Shown piece after piece: positions 36,623-50,042 of a stretch of 64,000 bases of DNA. The notes below the pieces were generated by a model that did no database searches, was not told the DNA's origin, and saw only the letters and a program-made list of their open reading frames with translations. Source of the DNA: Prorocentrum cordatum (Eukaryota); assembly GCA_963575745.1 (NCBI GenBank), contig CAUYUJ010000059.1, positions 310,001 through 374,000 on the forward strand, read 5' to 3'. Within the stretch, counting starts at the first letter, position 1. The number at the start of each line of letters is the position of its first letter. The translations under genes were made by a program, and so were the position numbers.

Positions 36623-37303
36623 GAGCGTTGCCCAATCGAAATGCGGGCTCCGGCCCGCTTTTTGCCTGGGCGCCAAGGGAGCAGCTTCGTTTTTCGGGTG
36701 CGGAAAAGAGGGGGGTGATGACTAGGGGGGGGGATCTCATGGCGGGGGCCATGATATTTCCCCAGACTTCATGGCGCCTCTTCTTATTTCATTGCGTCCC
36801 TGGCCCCCCCGCTGGGCCGCGCACATGCCGCCGGTCATGATTTGCCCCCCCCCCCCCTCTTGGACACCCCCCTCTTGGCCGCTCCCGAGTCTTGGGGAAG
36901 CATGTCATGGAAAGGATTACCCTGACCAGGGTTGGCCAGAGGGGGTTTTGCAGGGAGGGTTGGCCGGGTCATTGGGGGTTGGCCAAGGGGGCTGGCCGGG
37001 CTTATCTTTGCAGGGGAAGTTTGCCCCGTCGCAAGGCGTGCAGGAGGACTTTCTTTTGAAAGCGATAGTGCCGAATCTCAGCCCTGATGATCCTCGAAGT
37101 CCGAGGCGTTGTTATATTCCTCCTTTCCCTCCATCTCTGGCGGCCTTTGATCCGTCAGGGCTTCGCCCCCTGCCGCTGGCCCCCTCCCTATCACAACGCG
37201 ACATAACAGAGTCGCGTCGGTGCGTCTCGGCGCTGCCTTGGCACATTTGGGAACACCATACGGGGGCGGATAGGAATCATCAGCGCATATTGAGACGTTG
37301 GCG

Positions 37304-37490
37304 TTATCGAAGACGCCTACGGCGAATCACCGCCGCCCCCTGTCTGCTGGAATCGCCCATCTGGCCGAGCGTTGTGGCAAGAGCTCTGCCAAGCTATCGG
37401 ACCATGTGTTCCCCAGCCGTTGTAGAAACCTTTCGGGGAACAGTTGGGGGAGGATGGCGGGGAAGATCAGGATATGGAGGAGGACGAGGA
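37304..37490. repeat. Dispersed element end, second copy at 51912-52095
   Basis: Identical 21-mer TTATCGAAGACGCCTACGGCG followed by diverged homology (GCCAAGCTA, CCCCAGCCGTTGT, GGGGAAC). Confidence 0.85.
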
Positions 37491-37519
37491 CGAGGATGAG
37501 GAGGAGGCGGAGGAGGAGG

Positions 37520-39132
37520 CATCTTGGGAACCTCTGGGGCACTCTTGGGGCCTCCTGGGAGGGCATCTTGGGGGCCTCCTTGGGCCTCCTGGGGGCCTTA
37601 TAGGTCTTCTCGGGGGCTTTTTTGGCCGTCTCAGGGCATCCCTGGTCCATCTGACGCCGTCGGAAGCCGTCTTGGATGCCTCTCTGGGCCGATTGGGAGG
37701 CCCTTTTGGGGTGCTCCAGGGCCGTCTTGGAGGCCATATTGGGCGTCTTGGAGGCCTCTTGGGCCGTCTGGGGGCCCTCTTGGGGCCGTCTTGGGGGCCT
37801 CGAGAGTCGTTCCTTGGTTTCTTCGGCGATCTGTCGGGGCTCGTGAGCCGTCTCGGGCCGTCAGAAGGCCGAAAAGAGCAAATGCCCGAATCCTGAAACA
37901 ACCCAAGGCAAATCAATGAGTTTGGCATATTCGGGCTTTCCTGAAGGCCCTCTTGGATGCCTCTTGGGCCGTTTTGGAGTCCTCTTGGGGGCCGTCGTTG
38001 GCCATCGTAGAGCCATCTTGGGCCGTCGTCGTGGGATCCTGGCCCGTCTGACTCCGGCTCAAGCTGTCTTGAGACCTCTTTGGGCGGACTGGGGACCATC
38101 TTGGGGTGCTCCAGGGCCGTCTTGGAGGTCATATTGGGCGTCTGGGAGGCCTCTTGGGGCCGTCTTGGGGGGGGGGGCCTCTTGGGCCGTTCTGGGGCCA
38201 TCCTGGTGGCCTCTTGGGCGATCTTTCGGGGCTCTTGGGCCGTCTCGGGCCGTCAGAAGGCCGAAAAGAAGCACATGTCAAAATCCAACCCAAGGAAAAT
38301 CAATGAGTTTGGCATCTTCGGGCCTTCCTGAAGGCCCTCTTGGAGGCCTCTTGGGCCGTTTCGGAGTCATCTTGGGGGCCTTTTGGCCCGTCTTGGGCCA
38401 TCTTACAGCCATCTTGGGCCGTCTTCGTGGGCTCCTGGTCGGTCCGACGCCGTCGGAAGCTGTCTTGTGGCCTCTCTGGGCCGACCGGGGACCCTCTTGG
38501 GGTGCTACAGGGCCGTTTGGGAGGTCATATTGGGGGTCTTGGAGGCCTCTTGGGCCGTCTGGGGTCTCTCTTGGGGCCGTCTTGGGGGGGGGGGCCTCTT
38601 GGGCCGTTCTGGGGCCATCCTGGTGGCCTCTTGGGCGATCTTTCGGGGCTCTTGGGCCGTCTCAGGCCGTCAGAAGGCCGAAAAGAAGCACATGCCAAAA
38701 TCCTCGAACAACCCAAGGAAAATCAATGAGTTTGGCATCTTCGGGCCTTCCTGAAGGCCCTCTTGGAGGCCTCTTGGGCCGTTTCGGAGTCATCTTGGGG
38801 GCCTTTTGGCCCGTCTTGGGCCATCTTACAGCCATCTTGGGCCGTCTTCGTGGGCTCCTGGTCGGTCCGACGCCGTCGGAAGCTGTCTTGTGGCCTCTCT
38901 GGGCCGACCGGGGACCCTCTTGGGGTGCTACAGGGCCGTTTGGGAGGTCATATTGGGGGTCTTGGAGGCCTCTTGGGCCGTCTGGGGTCCCTCTTGGGGC
39001 CGTCTTGGGGGGGGGGCCTCTTGGGCCGTTCTGGGGCCATCCTGGTGGCCTCTTGGGCGATCTTTCGGGGCTCTTGGGCCGTCTCGGGCCGCCAGAAGGC
39101 CGAAAAGAAGCAAATGCCAAAATCCTCGAACA
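37520..39132. repeat. GC-rich TCTTGGG satellite with units of about 390-423 bp; resumes at 41777-42400
   Basis: AATCAATGAGTTTGGCAT at 37911, 38298 and 38721; the last two units are nearly identical. Confidence 0.9.
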
Positions 39133-41776
39133 GGTCAGATCAGGTCAGGTCAGGCCTGTATACTCCAGATTTCGTAATAAAAGGGAGGGGGTCTGGACCC
39201 TCCAAGACAAGCCATTTCAGACCTCCCCCGTGGGAGAACCCTCCAAAACATCGCCCCCAGACCCCCCAGGCCCTCCAAGATAGCCTGGAAGAGACCCCCC
39301 CCGAAATGAGACCCCCCTCCCTTTATTACGAAATCTGGAGTACCCACAAGGGGGTGGCCACGTAGGGCACAGGCGGGGAAGACACTGCACTGCAAACAAG
39401 GGCGCGCGAGTCGGTTCACGAGGGGGGGGGGGGGCGAGGAGAAGAGTCAGGAGGGAAAGAAACACACACAGACACAATGAATCGTCGAGTCCCAGGAAAA
39501 TATAGGAAAATATGGGAATTGGGCGGGAAGACGAAAACCCAGAAAATATGGGAAAATATGGGGAATCATTTTTTTTGTGTGTATTTATGTGTGTGTCTCA
39601 GGGCCCCTTCAAAGAGGGGAGGACGACGAGAAACTAGCAAGCGCTCACGTGTCGTGGGAAGTCTTCCTCCATGCGCTCCCACGAATCTGAGTCTCCAGCT
39701 GCCACTCTGCAGTCGCCAATCTCGAACTCACGGCAAAATGATCGCACGTCGTCTTCCCAAGTTTTGCGTGGTCGTCCTCGGGGTTTGTTTCCAACGGGTG
39801 ACCATTTGAGAACACGCGACACCCACCGACCAGCAGGCAGTCTCGCAACGTAACCAGCGAATCGCCAATATATTGGCGCAAGTGAACTTCCGACCACAAC
39901 TTGAGATGGCTATCGTCCATGATTGCGTACATGCGCTCGTGCCAAGAATGTAAAATCACGTGCCAAGGACTCGACCAATCAATTCCACCCGGTGGCCCCG
40001 TTACTTGACGAAGCAGTTTCCGGCATACAGCATCAAGTCGGTACCGTTCAGTTGCATAGGCCACGCGGATTGCGGAGGCAAACAAAGCGATCGGTGTATT
40101 TTTGCATGAGAATAATTGAAACGAGCTGCTGCAGAGACGCGCATGTCCGTCAAAACCCACTTCGCGTAGAACGCCTTCGTGGCGGCTTGGAGATTGTATC
40201 CATGCTCCCTCTTGAGAACGTCCGTCGACAATACGCATCCAAGCCATGGGTGGAAACCCACAAGCTTAACCGACACGCCAGATCAAAGCATGAGCGTCTC
40301 CAGCGGCTGAGCCTCGGTCGTGAGGGCCATTGTTTTCTCTGCGTTCAAGCCCACTGAAGCAAGTTCATCAACAAGTGATGTGCGAAGGGTTGCGGCCTCG
40401 TTTTTAGATTTGGTAAAGAGCACCACGTCGTCGGCAAGACGCAAGCCCAATAAACGAAGCAATCTGTCTCCCAAGTCGAACTCTGCAGTCCAGGATTTCT
40501 GACTCCAGCGCGCCATTGCCCACTCCAGTAAACTACAGAATAATCGAGGACTGAGAACACAGCCTTGTCGAACCCCAGCTGAGATGCTGAACGGGTCGCT
40601 GCGCTCACCTTGTCCGATCTGCCCTGTCTGCTGGTCGTAAAGCACCTGCAATATCCAAATAAGGTGGTCTGAAACACCATGTTCGCGCAACGCCAACCAC
40701 AGAGCTGACCACTGCACGCGATCGAACGCCTCAGACAAATCAAGGCTCACGGCCCAAACAGGAGTGCCTACCGGTTTCGTCTTCTCCATAAACAATTTTG
40801 CGGTCAGGAGGTGTTCTTCAATGCGATAATCGGCCCGGAAGGCGTGCTGTTCCTCAGGCCGTCGCTGGTCCAATCCGTTCTCGAGGCGGCCCAGCAGCAG
40901 ATATGCAAACATCTTGTACAACATGCTCGCGCTTGCAATAGGTCTATAGTCTGTAACGGTTGCGGCCTTCGTATTCTTCGGGAGCATCTGGAATAATGTC
41001 TGCCGCCAATTCTCAGGAGGAAGTCCTTCTAGTAATACCCTGCTGTACAGTATCAACAAATGATGTCGGAATGATGCTGGCGAGTTATGGAGTAGCTCTG
41101 CGACCAAACCAATATCATCAGAAGCTCGTCTCGAGCTCAGCCTTTCTATCGCTGTGTCCAACTCCACTGCTGAAAAAAGGAGCTGCCATAAGATCTCGAG
41201 GCGTCTCTGGCGGGGGCGGCGCCCCGGCAGACCAATGACCGAGAAAGCCGGCGAATCCTCCCTCCGAGGGCGATTGGGGCAATGCTTTACCTGTGATAGT
41301 TTCTGTCAGCGCCTTGACGTCATGCCGATGTCTCGAGCTCCTCAAAATCTCATCTGGCTGGGCAGATTTCCAAATCCTTCTCTCTCGCCGCTGAAGACGT
41401 CGAATCTCAAAACTGAGCTGCTTTCGATCAGTCTGGTCGCGGGAACTCCTCCTTCGGGTCCGCAGCGTCTGAAGACAGACGCTTGGCTTGAAACGGTCTT
41501 CCTGCTTGCCGTGCGTCCGAACTTCACGGCCGCTTCCCGCAAGGCTGTTTCACCGTCCTCTGAAGACGCAGTCCCCCCATGTTGCAAAATCCACATGCTC
41601 AAGTAATCTTGGTATGCACTGCTCTCCCCATTTACATCCAGATCCGGCTTCCAAGTCTTGAATGATTTATGGTTCCCTCCTTGATTTGCAATTGCTCTGC
41701 CCGTCCCGATGGACTCTTAGGCGCCCGATGCTGTGAACACAAAGACAGCGATGAACACAACGAGGAACACAACAAC
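39133..41776 (-). mobile_element. 5'-truncated RTE-like LINE with RT domain, short-repeat tail and probable 11-bp TSD
   Basis: DYRPIAS, EQHAFR, LDLSEAFDRV, GVRQGCVLSP, LADD (40427-40438) and C-terminal WRFAGYVA...PRGRPRKTWED. (CCTGA)n tail at about 39133-39154; ATCCTCGAACA at 39122-39132 and 41777-41787. Confidence 0.88.
39163..39340. mobile_element. Tc1/mariner-type MITE with TA TSD; degenerate inverted copy at 49701-49884
   Basis: TA-CTCCAGATTTCGTAATAAA...TTTATTACGAAATCTGGAG-TA. Confidence 0.9.
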
Positions 41777-44744
41777 ATCCTCGAACAACCAGGCAAATCG
41801 ATGATTTTGGCCTCTTCGGGTCTTCCTAGAGGCCCTCTTGGGGGCCTCCTGGGCCGTCTTGGAGACCTAATGGCCCGCCTGACGCCGTCGGACGCTGTCT
41901 TGGGGGGCAGCCCTGGGGACCCCCTTGGGAGCCTCTCGGGGGCCTCCCAGCAGGGCCCCTCGGGGCCTCTTGGGGGCCTCCCCTTGGGGGCCTCCCCTTG
42001 GGGGCCTCCCCTTGGGGCATCTTGGGGGCATGTTGGGGCCTCCTGCGGGCCCGTCGGGGCCGAGGGCCCTTGATGCCCGCCCGGGAGCCGCCAGGCCGTC
42101 TTCGGCGCCTCTGCCGTCTTGGAGGCCTCTTGGGCCGCCTTGGGGCGACTTTGGAAGACATCATCTAGGGCCGCCCGGGAGCGTCGGGAAGCCGAAACGG
42201 CGAGAACGCCAAAAACCGCGAATGAAAAATCCAAGGAGAATCGGTGGTTTGGGCCTCTTGGAGGCCTCTTGAGGCGTCTTGGAGCCCGCTTGGGCTGTCT
42301 GGGGGCCAGGTTGAGCGTCTTGGAGCGATCGTTCGGCGACTCGGAGCCCTCCTGACCCGTCTTGGGGCCCTCGCGGGCCCTTTAAAGTTATGCGAGAAGA
42401 TGCCCCAGAGCCCAGGGGAACCGCGCCAAGCCCAAGAAGATTTGAGAATTAGGGGCATGGGCCCCACAAGAACTCTTAGGATCAAGGATTGTGGCTCAAA
42501 GGATTGGGCAGAGGACCTGTGGACACGCCCACTCCGTGACCAGCGGCACGGTGGCGGATTCTCACAAGTGGGCGATAAAAACTCACCCAAAAAACCAGAC
42601 AGCCCAGAACCCTCGCCCCCAGAACTGCTTGGACTCCCTTGTTGAGGGTCTCCCAGGACGTCCTTGCCAGGCCAAGCCAGCGGGTCAAGAGCAGTCAGGA
42701 GGGTGGGGCCAAACGGCCCGGCGAGATCCCCAAGCAGCCCCAGACACCCACCAGACGCCCAAACACGGTTCAAAGAACACCCCCAAGAGGATCTCGGAAT
42801 GCAGAAAGACATCAGATGTATGTTTAAGTCGTTGAACGGTTTGATATTTTGATATTCGATTCTTCGATCGTCGGGCATCCGAGAACGCTTAAGAGGCCCC
42901 GAAAATTATCCACAACGGCGCGAAAGGGCTTCAAGGCATGTGTAGCTTACCATGTGACGGTTCGTCAGCCTCGAAGGTTATAAAAATAGCTACGTGTGGA
43001 GGACTGATGATGGTGACGATGGTTGCGGTGACTATGTTGGTAACCGCAAGACCCCCCACGGAGCAGTGATGATTGGGCAGTGAGTTATTGTGATTTGCAT
43101 ATTCGGACTGTCTTACTGCTTATGTATATAGATGTATGTGGTCTAGCTGCCATGCTCTATATACAACTTATTTGCTCATACGTCACTACGCAACAACCCA
43201 CGGGACAATCCACGCGACAACCCACGGGACAGCCTACGGGATAGCCCACGAGAGAATCCACGGAACAATCTACGGGACAACCATTAGGCAACACACGGGA
43301 CAATCCACACGATAATCCACTGGACAACCCACGGGACAACCATTCAGACAGACAACCCACAGGACAACCACGGGACAACCGAAGGGACAATCACGGCGGG
43401 CAACCGCGATACAGGAGGAGGTATGCTTTGCCCGACTTGGCCCTAGCTACGCCGACACATCGTCGCCCTCGCGCATCACCGACCCGCCCGCAAGCACGAC
43501 ACGAGCCGAACCGAAGCCGATTCCCCGATTGAGGCCACGTCCTTCACCCTCCGACTTTCGATCGGAGCGACCGCACGGCAACAACGGCAGGACAGCCGCG
43601 CACAGCGGCACCGCGAACGGCACCGGGGCGCGCGAATAACAGCAACACGGGACAAACACAGAACAATTGGTAGCCCGCGGCGGGGCCGGAATTGGGCGCA
43701 AATTAATAAGGGGCGAACAAATCGGGAAGAAAAGATGTTTTTTCCGGGCCCTAAAGGCCTCCTCTTGGACCCTAAAGGTCCCTTTTTAGGGGCCCTTGTG
43801 GGCCCCGCAGCCCTCGCCGCTCCTCCCATAATCATTTCTCGCCCCTCATTAATTCGCGCCCGAAGGGATGGGGAGCACGTGGGCTGCGACGCGCCTTGCA
43901 CGCGCGGCACGACCCGAGGTCGAGGTCCGGTCTCCGCGGGATGGGGGCGCTCTGGCCTGCCTGGATACCAACCACCCAACATCCAATGATTATTGGCGCG
44001 TTCCTTCGCTCTCCCTCCTCCTCCTCCTCGGCCGAATCCGCCTTCGGGAAGCAGCCCCCAAAGTCCGAGGCGTCGAAATAGAGCGCTGCAGACAGGTCTC
44101 GCCCGCGCGCGATCGAGAGGTTGGCACCTCGCCTTCTGCGGAGGCGGGCGGGAGGCCCGCGGGAGTCGCGGGAAGCGAAATTGGACCCCTTGTGCTGGCG
44201 GCAATTCGGTTGTTTGGCCTCTGGCCAGCGGAAGTAAAAGTTGCCCCCCCACGGGAGGGGTCAACGCAGGCGTAACCGGGTTTCTGGAATCGGCGACGTG
44301 TCGATGTGCCGATGCCCCCAAATGGCCTTTTGAAGGCCGTGCGGGTCGACGGCTTGTTGCTAGCCATTCGGGCCTTGGCAGGGCTTTCGGGGCCATCTTC
44401 AGATGTCTTGGTGCCCTCTGGGCTGAGCTCGGAGGCCACCTTGGGCATGTGGGCGGAGTGTTGGGCCGTCTTGGTGAACAGCTTGGAGAGTTGTTGGCTG
44501 GCCGGGAGCTGTCCATGTTATCTGGGGGCGCTGGGTGTGTATGACCACACACAGCTCACCACATCGGAGCCTGAGGAGTGAGGCCGAAGTGGAACGTGAG
44601 GTGCCCCAACCGTGAATTCGCTCCGTTTCGCGCTTGACACGCGGGCTCGAGGCGAGGCGAAGCTGCGTGAGGTCTTGCCTTGTTGGAGGCCGAGGCAGAC
44701 TAAACTGTTGCGCCCCTGGTCGGAGCCGTGCCTCCCGGTGGCTC

Positions 44745-46465
44745 CAGAGTTGTCCCGATGGTTGACGCCATGGTTGTCCCGATGTTTGCCCCGATGGTTG
44801 TCCGGATGATTGTCCCGATGGTTATCCCGATGGTTGTTTGCCCTGATGGTTGTCCCGATTGCAGTCCCAACGGTTGCCCCGACAATTGAACAAATAAGTA
44901 TACCTATTGTTATTCCGTTGGTTGTCCAGATGATTGTCCCGATGGTTGTCCCGTTGTCCCGATGGTTGTCCCGTTGGTTGTCCCGATGGTTGTCTCGTTG
45001 GTTGTCCCGATGGTTGTCCCGATGGTTGTTTTGATGGTCGTTCCGATGGTTATCCATGAGGGTGTCCCGATGGTTTTCACGATTTTCGTCCCGATGGTTG
45101 TCTCGATTATTTTTCCGATGGTTGTCCAGATGGTTGTACCGATGGCTGTTCCGATGGTTGTCCCGATGGTTGTCCCGATGGGTGTCCCGATGGTTGTCCC
45201 GATGGTTTGCCCGATGTTTTGCCCGATGGTTGCCCCGATGGTTGCCCGGATGGCTGTCCCGATGATTGTCCAGATTGTTGTTTTTGCGGTTGTCCAGGTA
45301 TATGGTGGGACCGATGTCGATGTATATATATATATATATACACATCTATATACGTGTAGGTGGAAAGGTAGAGTGGTTGTCCCGATGGTTGCCACGATAG
45401 ATAATGAGTTCGACACATAGGTGGGTAAACACCAATTGGTAGATACGTAAGTCCAGAGCGAGACCGATAGATCGATATATTGAACGATAACATGTTCGTC
45501 CCGATGGTTGATTGTCTCGATGGTCGTCCCGTTGGTTGTCCTGATAGTTGGCCTGTTGATTATCTTGATGATTGTCGCGACGGGCGTTCCGGTACTATTG
45601 GCAATGGGATCAGCATATAGATTGATAGCGAGATTGGTGGAACTACGCAAAGGTTGTCTCCATCGTTGTTCCAACTGTTGATTCCGATCGACAGTTAGAT
45701 CTACAGATGCATTGTGATAGATAATGAGACCGATTGGTACGTCGTCCCAATGGTTATCCCGAATGTTGCCCCGACGGTTATCCTATAGATCCTGAGATCG
45801 ACAGATGGGTTCATCATGAGATCGGTAGATAGTAAGACCGATAGACAGTGAGATTGATAGGTAGATCGACACATGGATATATTGCGTATTGCGTGTCCCG
45901 ATGGTTGCCTCGACAGTTCTCCTGTTTGTTTTTTGGATGGTTCTATGTCCCGATGGTTGTCCAGATGGTTGTCCTGATGGTTCGCCCGATGGTTGCCCCG
46001 AACGTTGTTCCGACGGTTGTCTCGTTTGTTGTCCCGATGTTTATCCCGATGGTTGTCCCGATGGTTGTCCCGATGGTTGTCGCGATGGTTGTTCCGATGG
46101 TTGTCCCGATGTTTTTTCCCGATGGTTTTCCCGATGGTTGGTCCGATGGTTGTTCCGATGGTTGTTCCGACGGTTGTCCAGATGATTGTTCCGATGGTTG
46201 TCCATATAGTTGTCCCGATGATTGGTCCGACGGTTGTCCCGATGATTGTTCCGATGGTTGTCTCGATTGGTTTTCCGATGGTTGTCTGGGTGGTTGTCCC
46301 GATGGTTGTTCGGATGGTTGTCCCGATGGTTGTCCCGATGGTTTTTTCCGATGGTTGTCAAGATGGTTGTCCCGATGGTTGTCATGATGGTTGTCCCGAT
46401 AGTTGTCCCGTTGATTGTCCCAGTGACTTTTTCAGATTGTTGTTCGGACGTTTGTCCCGATGAAT
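44745..46465. repeat. 12-bp minisatellite (GGTTGTCCCGAT)n; inverted relative at 43190-43400 and scattered copies to about 48200
   Basis: Directly visible tandem 12-mers. Confidence 0.95.
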
Positions 46466-48287
46466 GCTGATCGGAGCTTGGGGGTGAGATCGCAGTGGAA
46501 CGGAGAGCCCCCCACCGTGACATCGGTTTCGGTTTCGTGTTCGTGTCGCGCGTGAAGGCGAGGCGAAGTTGCGAGAGCGCGCCAGAGGAATGACCCCGTT
46601 GTCGCTGGTGCGATTCGGATGCAGTGGACCGCCTTTCCGCCACCAGTGGCCGCGCGGTGGCCCGGGGTGTCCCGACGTGGTGTCTTGTGGTGTCCCTGTG
46701 GTGTCCCGTCGGTTTTCCGACGGCGATGGGCGGGCGGTGGCCGGCGGTGTCCCGTTTTGGGGTCGATAGTGAAGTCAGTAGTGAGATCGATTATGAGATC
46801 GTGAGAATGGGTTGGACAGTGAGATCAAAAGTGAGATCCAAAGTGAGCTTGATCGTGACACTGGTTGTGCTCGCGCTGTCGGGTGCGCAGGGAGGCGGCG
46901 TCCCCCGGGTCGTGCAGACCTCGCGGGGGCAGGCGATCCCCCCGGGGGCGAGCACAACGGGGTCGATCTCGGAGTCCTTTGGTGCTAGGACTGGCCGGGA
47001 GGTGGATGGTGGAATCGATCGAGTGAGATCCAAAGTGGGGACAATAGTGGCATTACATCGCAGCGCAGCATCGTCATCACGCGTCGTCGCTAACTCGAGG
47101 GCGCGTCACGGGCACCGTCATCATCACACCCCTCGCATTTGCCAGCAGTTGGTTCTTTCCCCCCGCCACCTACCTTTTTATCACCCGGAGGGTGTTCGTC
47201 TAGATAGATAGATAATGGGGTGGATCACATCGAGATCGATATATTGATAGTGAGACCGGTCGACAGATAGACGGAAAGTTTGAGTGGTGTTCCCGATGGT
47301 TGTCCCGATAGATATTCACATCGACAGATATATTGATAGGTAGACAGAGCGGTGGATATTCAAGCCCAGAGCGAGACCGATATTCAGATAGATGAACGGA
47401 CGAAATGGGCGTATGGATGGTTGTCCCGATATTTGTCTCGATGGTTGTCTCGATAGTTTGCCCGTTGATTGTCCAGATTGTTGTCTCGACGGCTAACCCG
47501 ATAGAAGAATAACCGCATCCCCGAGATAATCAAGCATCCCCCCTTTCCTTTTTGTATCACTAAATCCACGGGATTGAATGTGGTTCACTTGAATCAGCAG
47601 GCGTTGAGGCCGAACTTTGCTATCCCCTCCAAAGGTCCTATCGTAACTCTGAGTGTGAGGATGTCTTAGGCGAAAGGCGATCCAGGCATCCTAACATCGA
47701 TATCTCTGGGAACAAGAACTAGTGTATTATCCCGCCTAGATCCCGAACGTTGTTATTCCCATGGGATTGTTCTCACAAGCTTATGGTGAATGAAGGTGGG
47801 AGATGGATTCGCAGCGAGATCGATAGATTGATAGTGAGATCGATAGATATTGAGATCAATAGGTAGATAGTCGGAAATTTGAATGGTTGTCCCGATGGTT
47901 TATTCCGATTGATAGACGGTGGAATCGACAGATGCATTGTGATTGATAGTGGGATTGATAGATTTGTAGATGGGTCCTTAGAATGGTTGCCCCGATGGTT
48001 GTCAAAATTGTTGCCCCGACCGGCAGATATCGAGATCGACAGATGTATTCATCAAGGTATCGATAGATAGCGCGAGCGGTAAATAGTGAGACCGATCGAT
48101 AGGTCGACATTTGGATAGATAGAGTCGTTGATCCGATGGTTGTCTTGTTATGTGTCCCGATGGCTGCCCCAATCGAATGTGAGATCGACGGATAGATGGA
48201 TGGTGGTAGCGACATGTCTGTAATGAGGCCGGTAGGTGGTGATTTTGTCAGGCGCATTCAGGGGCTACGATGAGGGCTGGCATGCTC

Positions 48288-48319
<32 letters not shown>

Positions 48320-48514
48320 GAGGAGGAGGAGGAGGGAGGAGGAGGAGGAGGAGGAGGAGGAGGAGGAGGAGGAGGAGGAGGGGGGGGAAGCATCGACCCC
48401 AGATCGCCCATTCGTCGTCGACGGGGGCCTGATTGCCCACCCCGCCCAGGAGCCTGCGGCTTCGCTCTCTGGGGCGTATCGCCGATCGGTCGGCGATACG
48501 CCTCAGAGAAAAAA

Positions 48515-48557
<43 letters not shown>

Positions 48558-49948
48558 GTATCGCCGATCGGTCGGCGATGTACCGCCGATCCAGGTCGAT
48601 CTGTCCCCCATCGCTCCCCTGCATACATCGAGATCGCGATCAGAGGGAGTCGTTGAGATCTCGATGAGGGGACAGGCTGGCAGAGCTATAGGTACGTGCG
48701 GACCAATGTTGCTGTCTCGGTGTGCGTCCACTCGTGAGTTGAATCGCGCGTCCACTGCAAATCAAGCATGCTGCCACCAAATTCTTTTGTTACTCAGAAG
48801 GTGGCCTCTGTGGTAGCCACGCGCACGTCCTTTGGACTGCTCCTATCGTCGCTGTCCAGACGTGGCCACCCACATAATTTCTGACCCCCCATATACCACA
48901 GGTCCCACATGGCGCATGTCGAAACTAGCGCAGGACATGGTCCCATATTGACGGGGGGCGCAAAGAGATCCCAGGATGGACCAAGAGAAGAATCAAACGC
49001 CACTAGAAGGGCACAGTGCAAGAAGGGCAGCTTACATAAACAGGGAGCCCATGAAGGAGCACGTGCCAAGAAGCGATTTTTGGAGACGAATGTGTCGCTG
49101 GATAGTTCACAGACCAGGAAGGTAGCCGAACCTGCGAAAGGGGTCCCAGACCGCCCAGCTTTGTAGTTCCATGTTTGCCTCACCGAGGTGCATCGTCCTG
49201 AGATGTCCGCTCCCGTTTCTCCCCCCCATTGTTTTGAAGCGCCATAGCCGGCCGCCTGAAAGCCAGGCGTGACCCAAGGATTGTAGGGGCCTGAGTATCA
49301 TCCGCATCAGATCCCCACAAGCACACTCTCTACGATGGGAGAGAATTCCAAGAAGGCCTCGTGGTACCGGCACTTTCTCTCAACAGTCTCGTTCGCAGTG
49401 GGGAAGCCACGAGACGGCCTCGGCAGCGCGGCGGCCAGTTTGGAGTTGCTCGTGCGTGCGGGGGTGGCCGCGCGGAGGGCGGCTAGGCGGGCCTGCCCCC
49501 TTGTTCCCTCCTCTTCTCCCCCCCCCCACCCCCCTCCCTCGGGATGTGGCCGTACAGGGATTGCCCCTCCCGGGTCCGCGCGAGGGGCTGCCGTGTCTCG
49601 CACAGTGCCAACCGGAGCGGAGTTCGACACGGGCGAGACAGCCTCGCTGTGGTCCTTGCTTCGGCCCTTCTTTGGCCACGGACGGTCGGTCCTTTCGCTC
49701 GTTCTGGATTTCGAAATAACGGGGTGGTGGTCTGATTTTGGGAGGATCTACCTTGAATTGTCTTGGAGGGTCCCAGTTGGGTTGGGGCAACAACCCGCCT
49801 TTTCATGACTGGTCTTGGGGGGGTCTAAAACTGCTCGTCTGGGAGGGTTGTGATCCCCTCACTTCTATTACGAAATTTGGAGTACCCCCTGTGCTTGGTC
49901 TGCCCGGAAAATGTCGATCAGAGCTTCACGCATACCTCGATGATTCAG

Positions 49949-50042
49949 GACGACGCGCTTGTCTGCCGGCCACCGCCGGGCCTGATCGATGCCGCCGACC
50001 TTCCCGGGTACGACAACCCTGACGAGGTCGAAGAGGCTGAAG
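49949..50042 (+). CDS. Probable exon of helicase gene (DDALVCRPPPGLIDAADLPGYDNPDEVEEAE)
   Basis: TTCAG|G acceptor, GAAG|GT donor, phase-1 join to 50492 giving DEVEEAEGAQHLREVL. Confidence 0.6.

Noticed and set aside
37916..39283. 455-aa repetitive ORF
   Set aside because: Translation of the TCTTGGG satellite.
44518..46643. NHRD / VVPM / GCPD repeat proteins
   Set aside because: Readings of a 12-bp minisatellite.
47505..47810. Lower-GC insert as an RNA gene or organellar fragment
   Set aside because: No recognisable rRNA, tRNA or snRNA signature; only a 12-nt similarity to the candidate MITE end at 5537-5548.
48790..49330. Possible minus-strand LINE C-terminal remnant
   Set aside because: No motif could be assigned with confidence.
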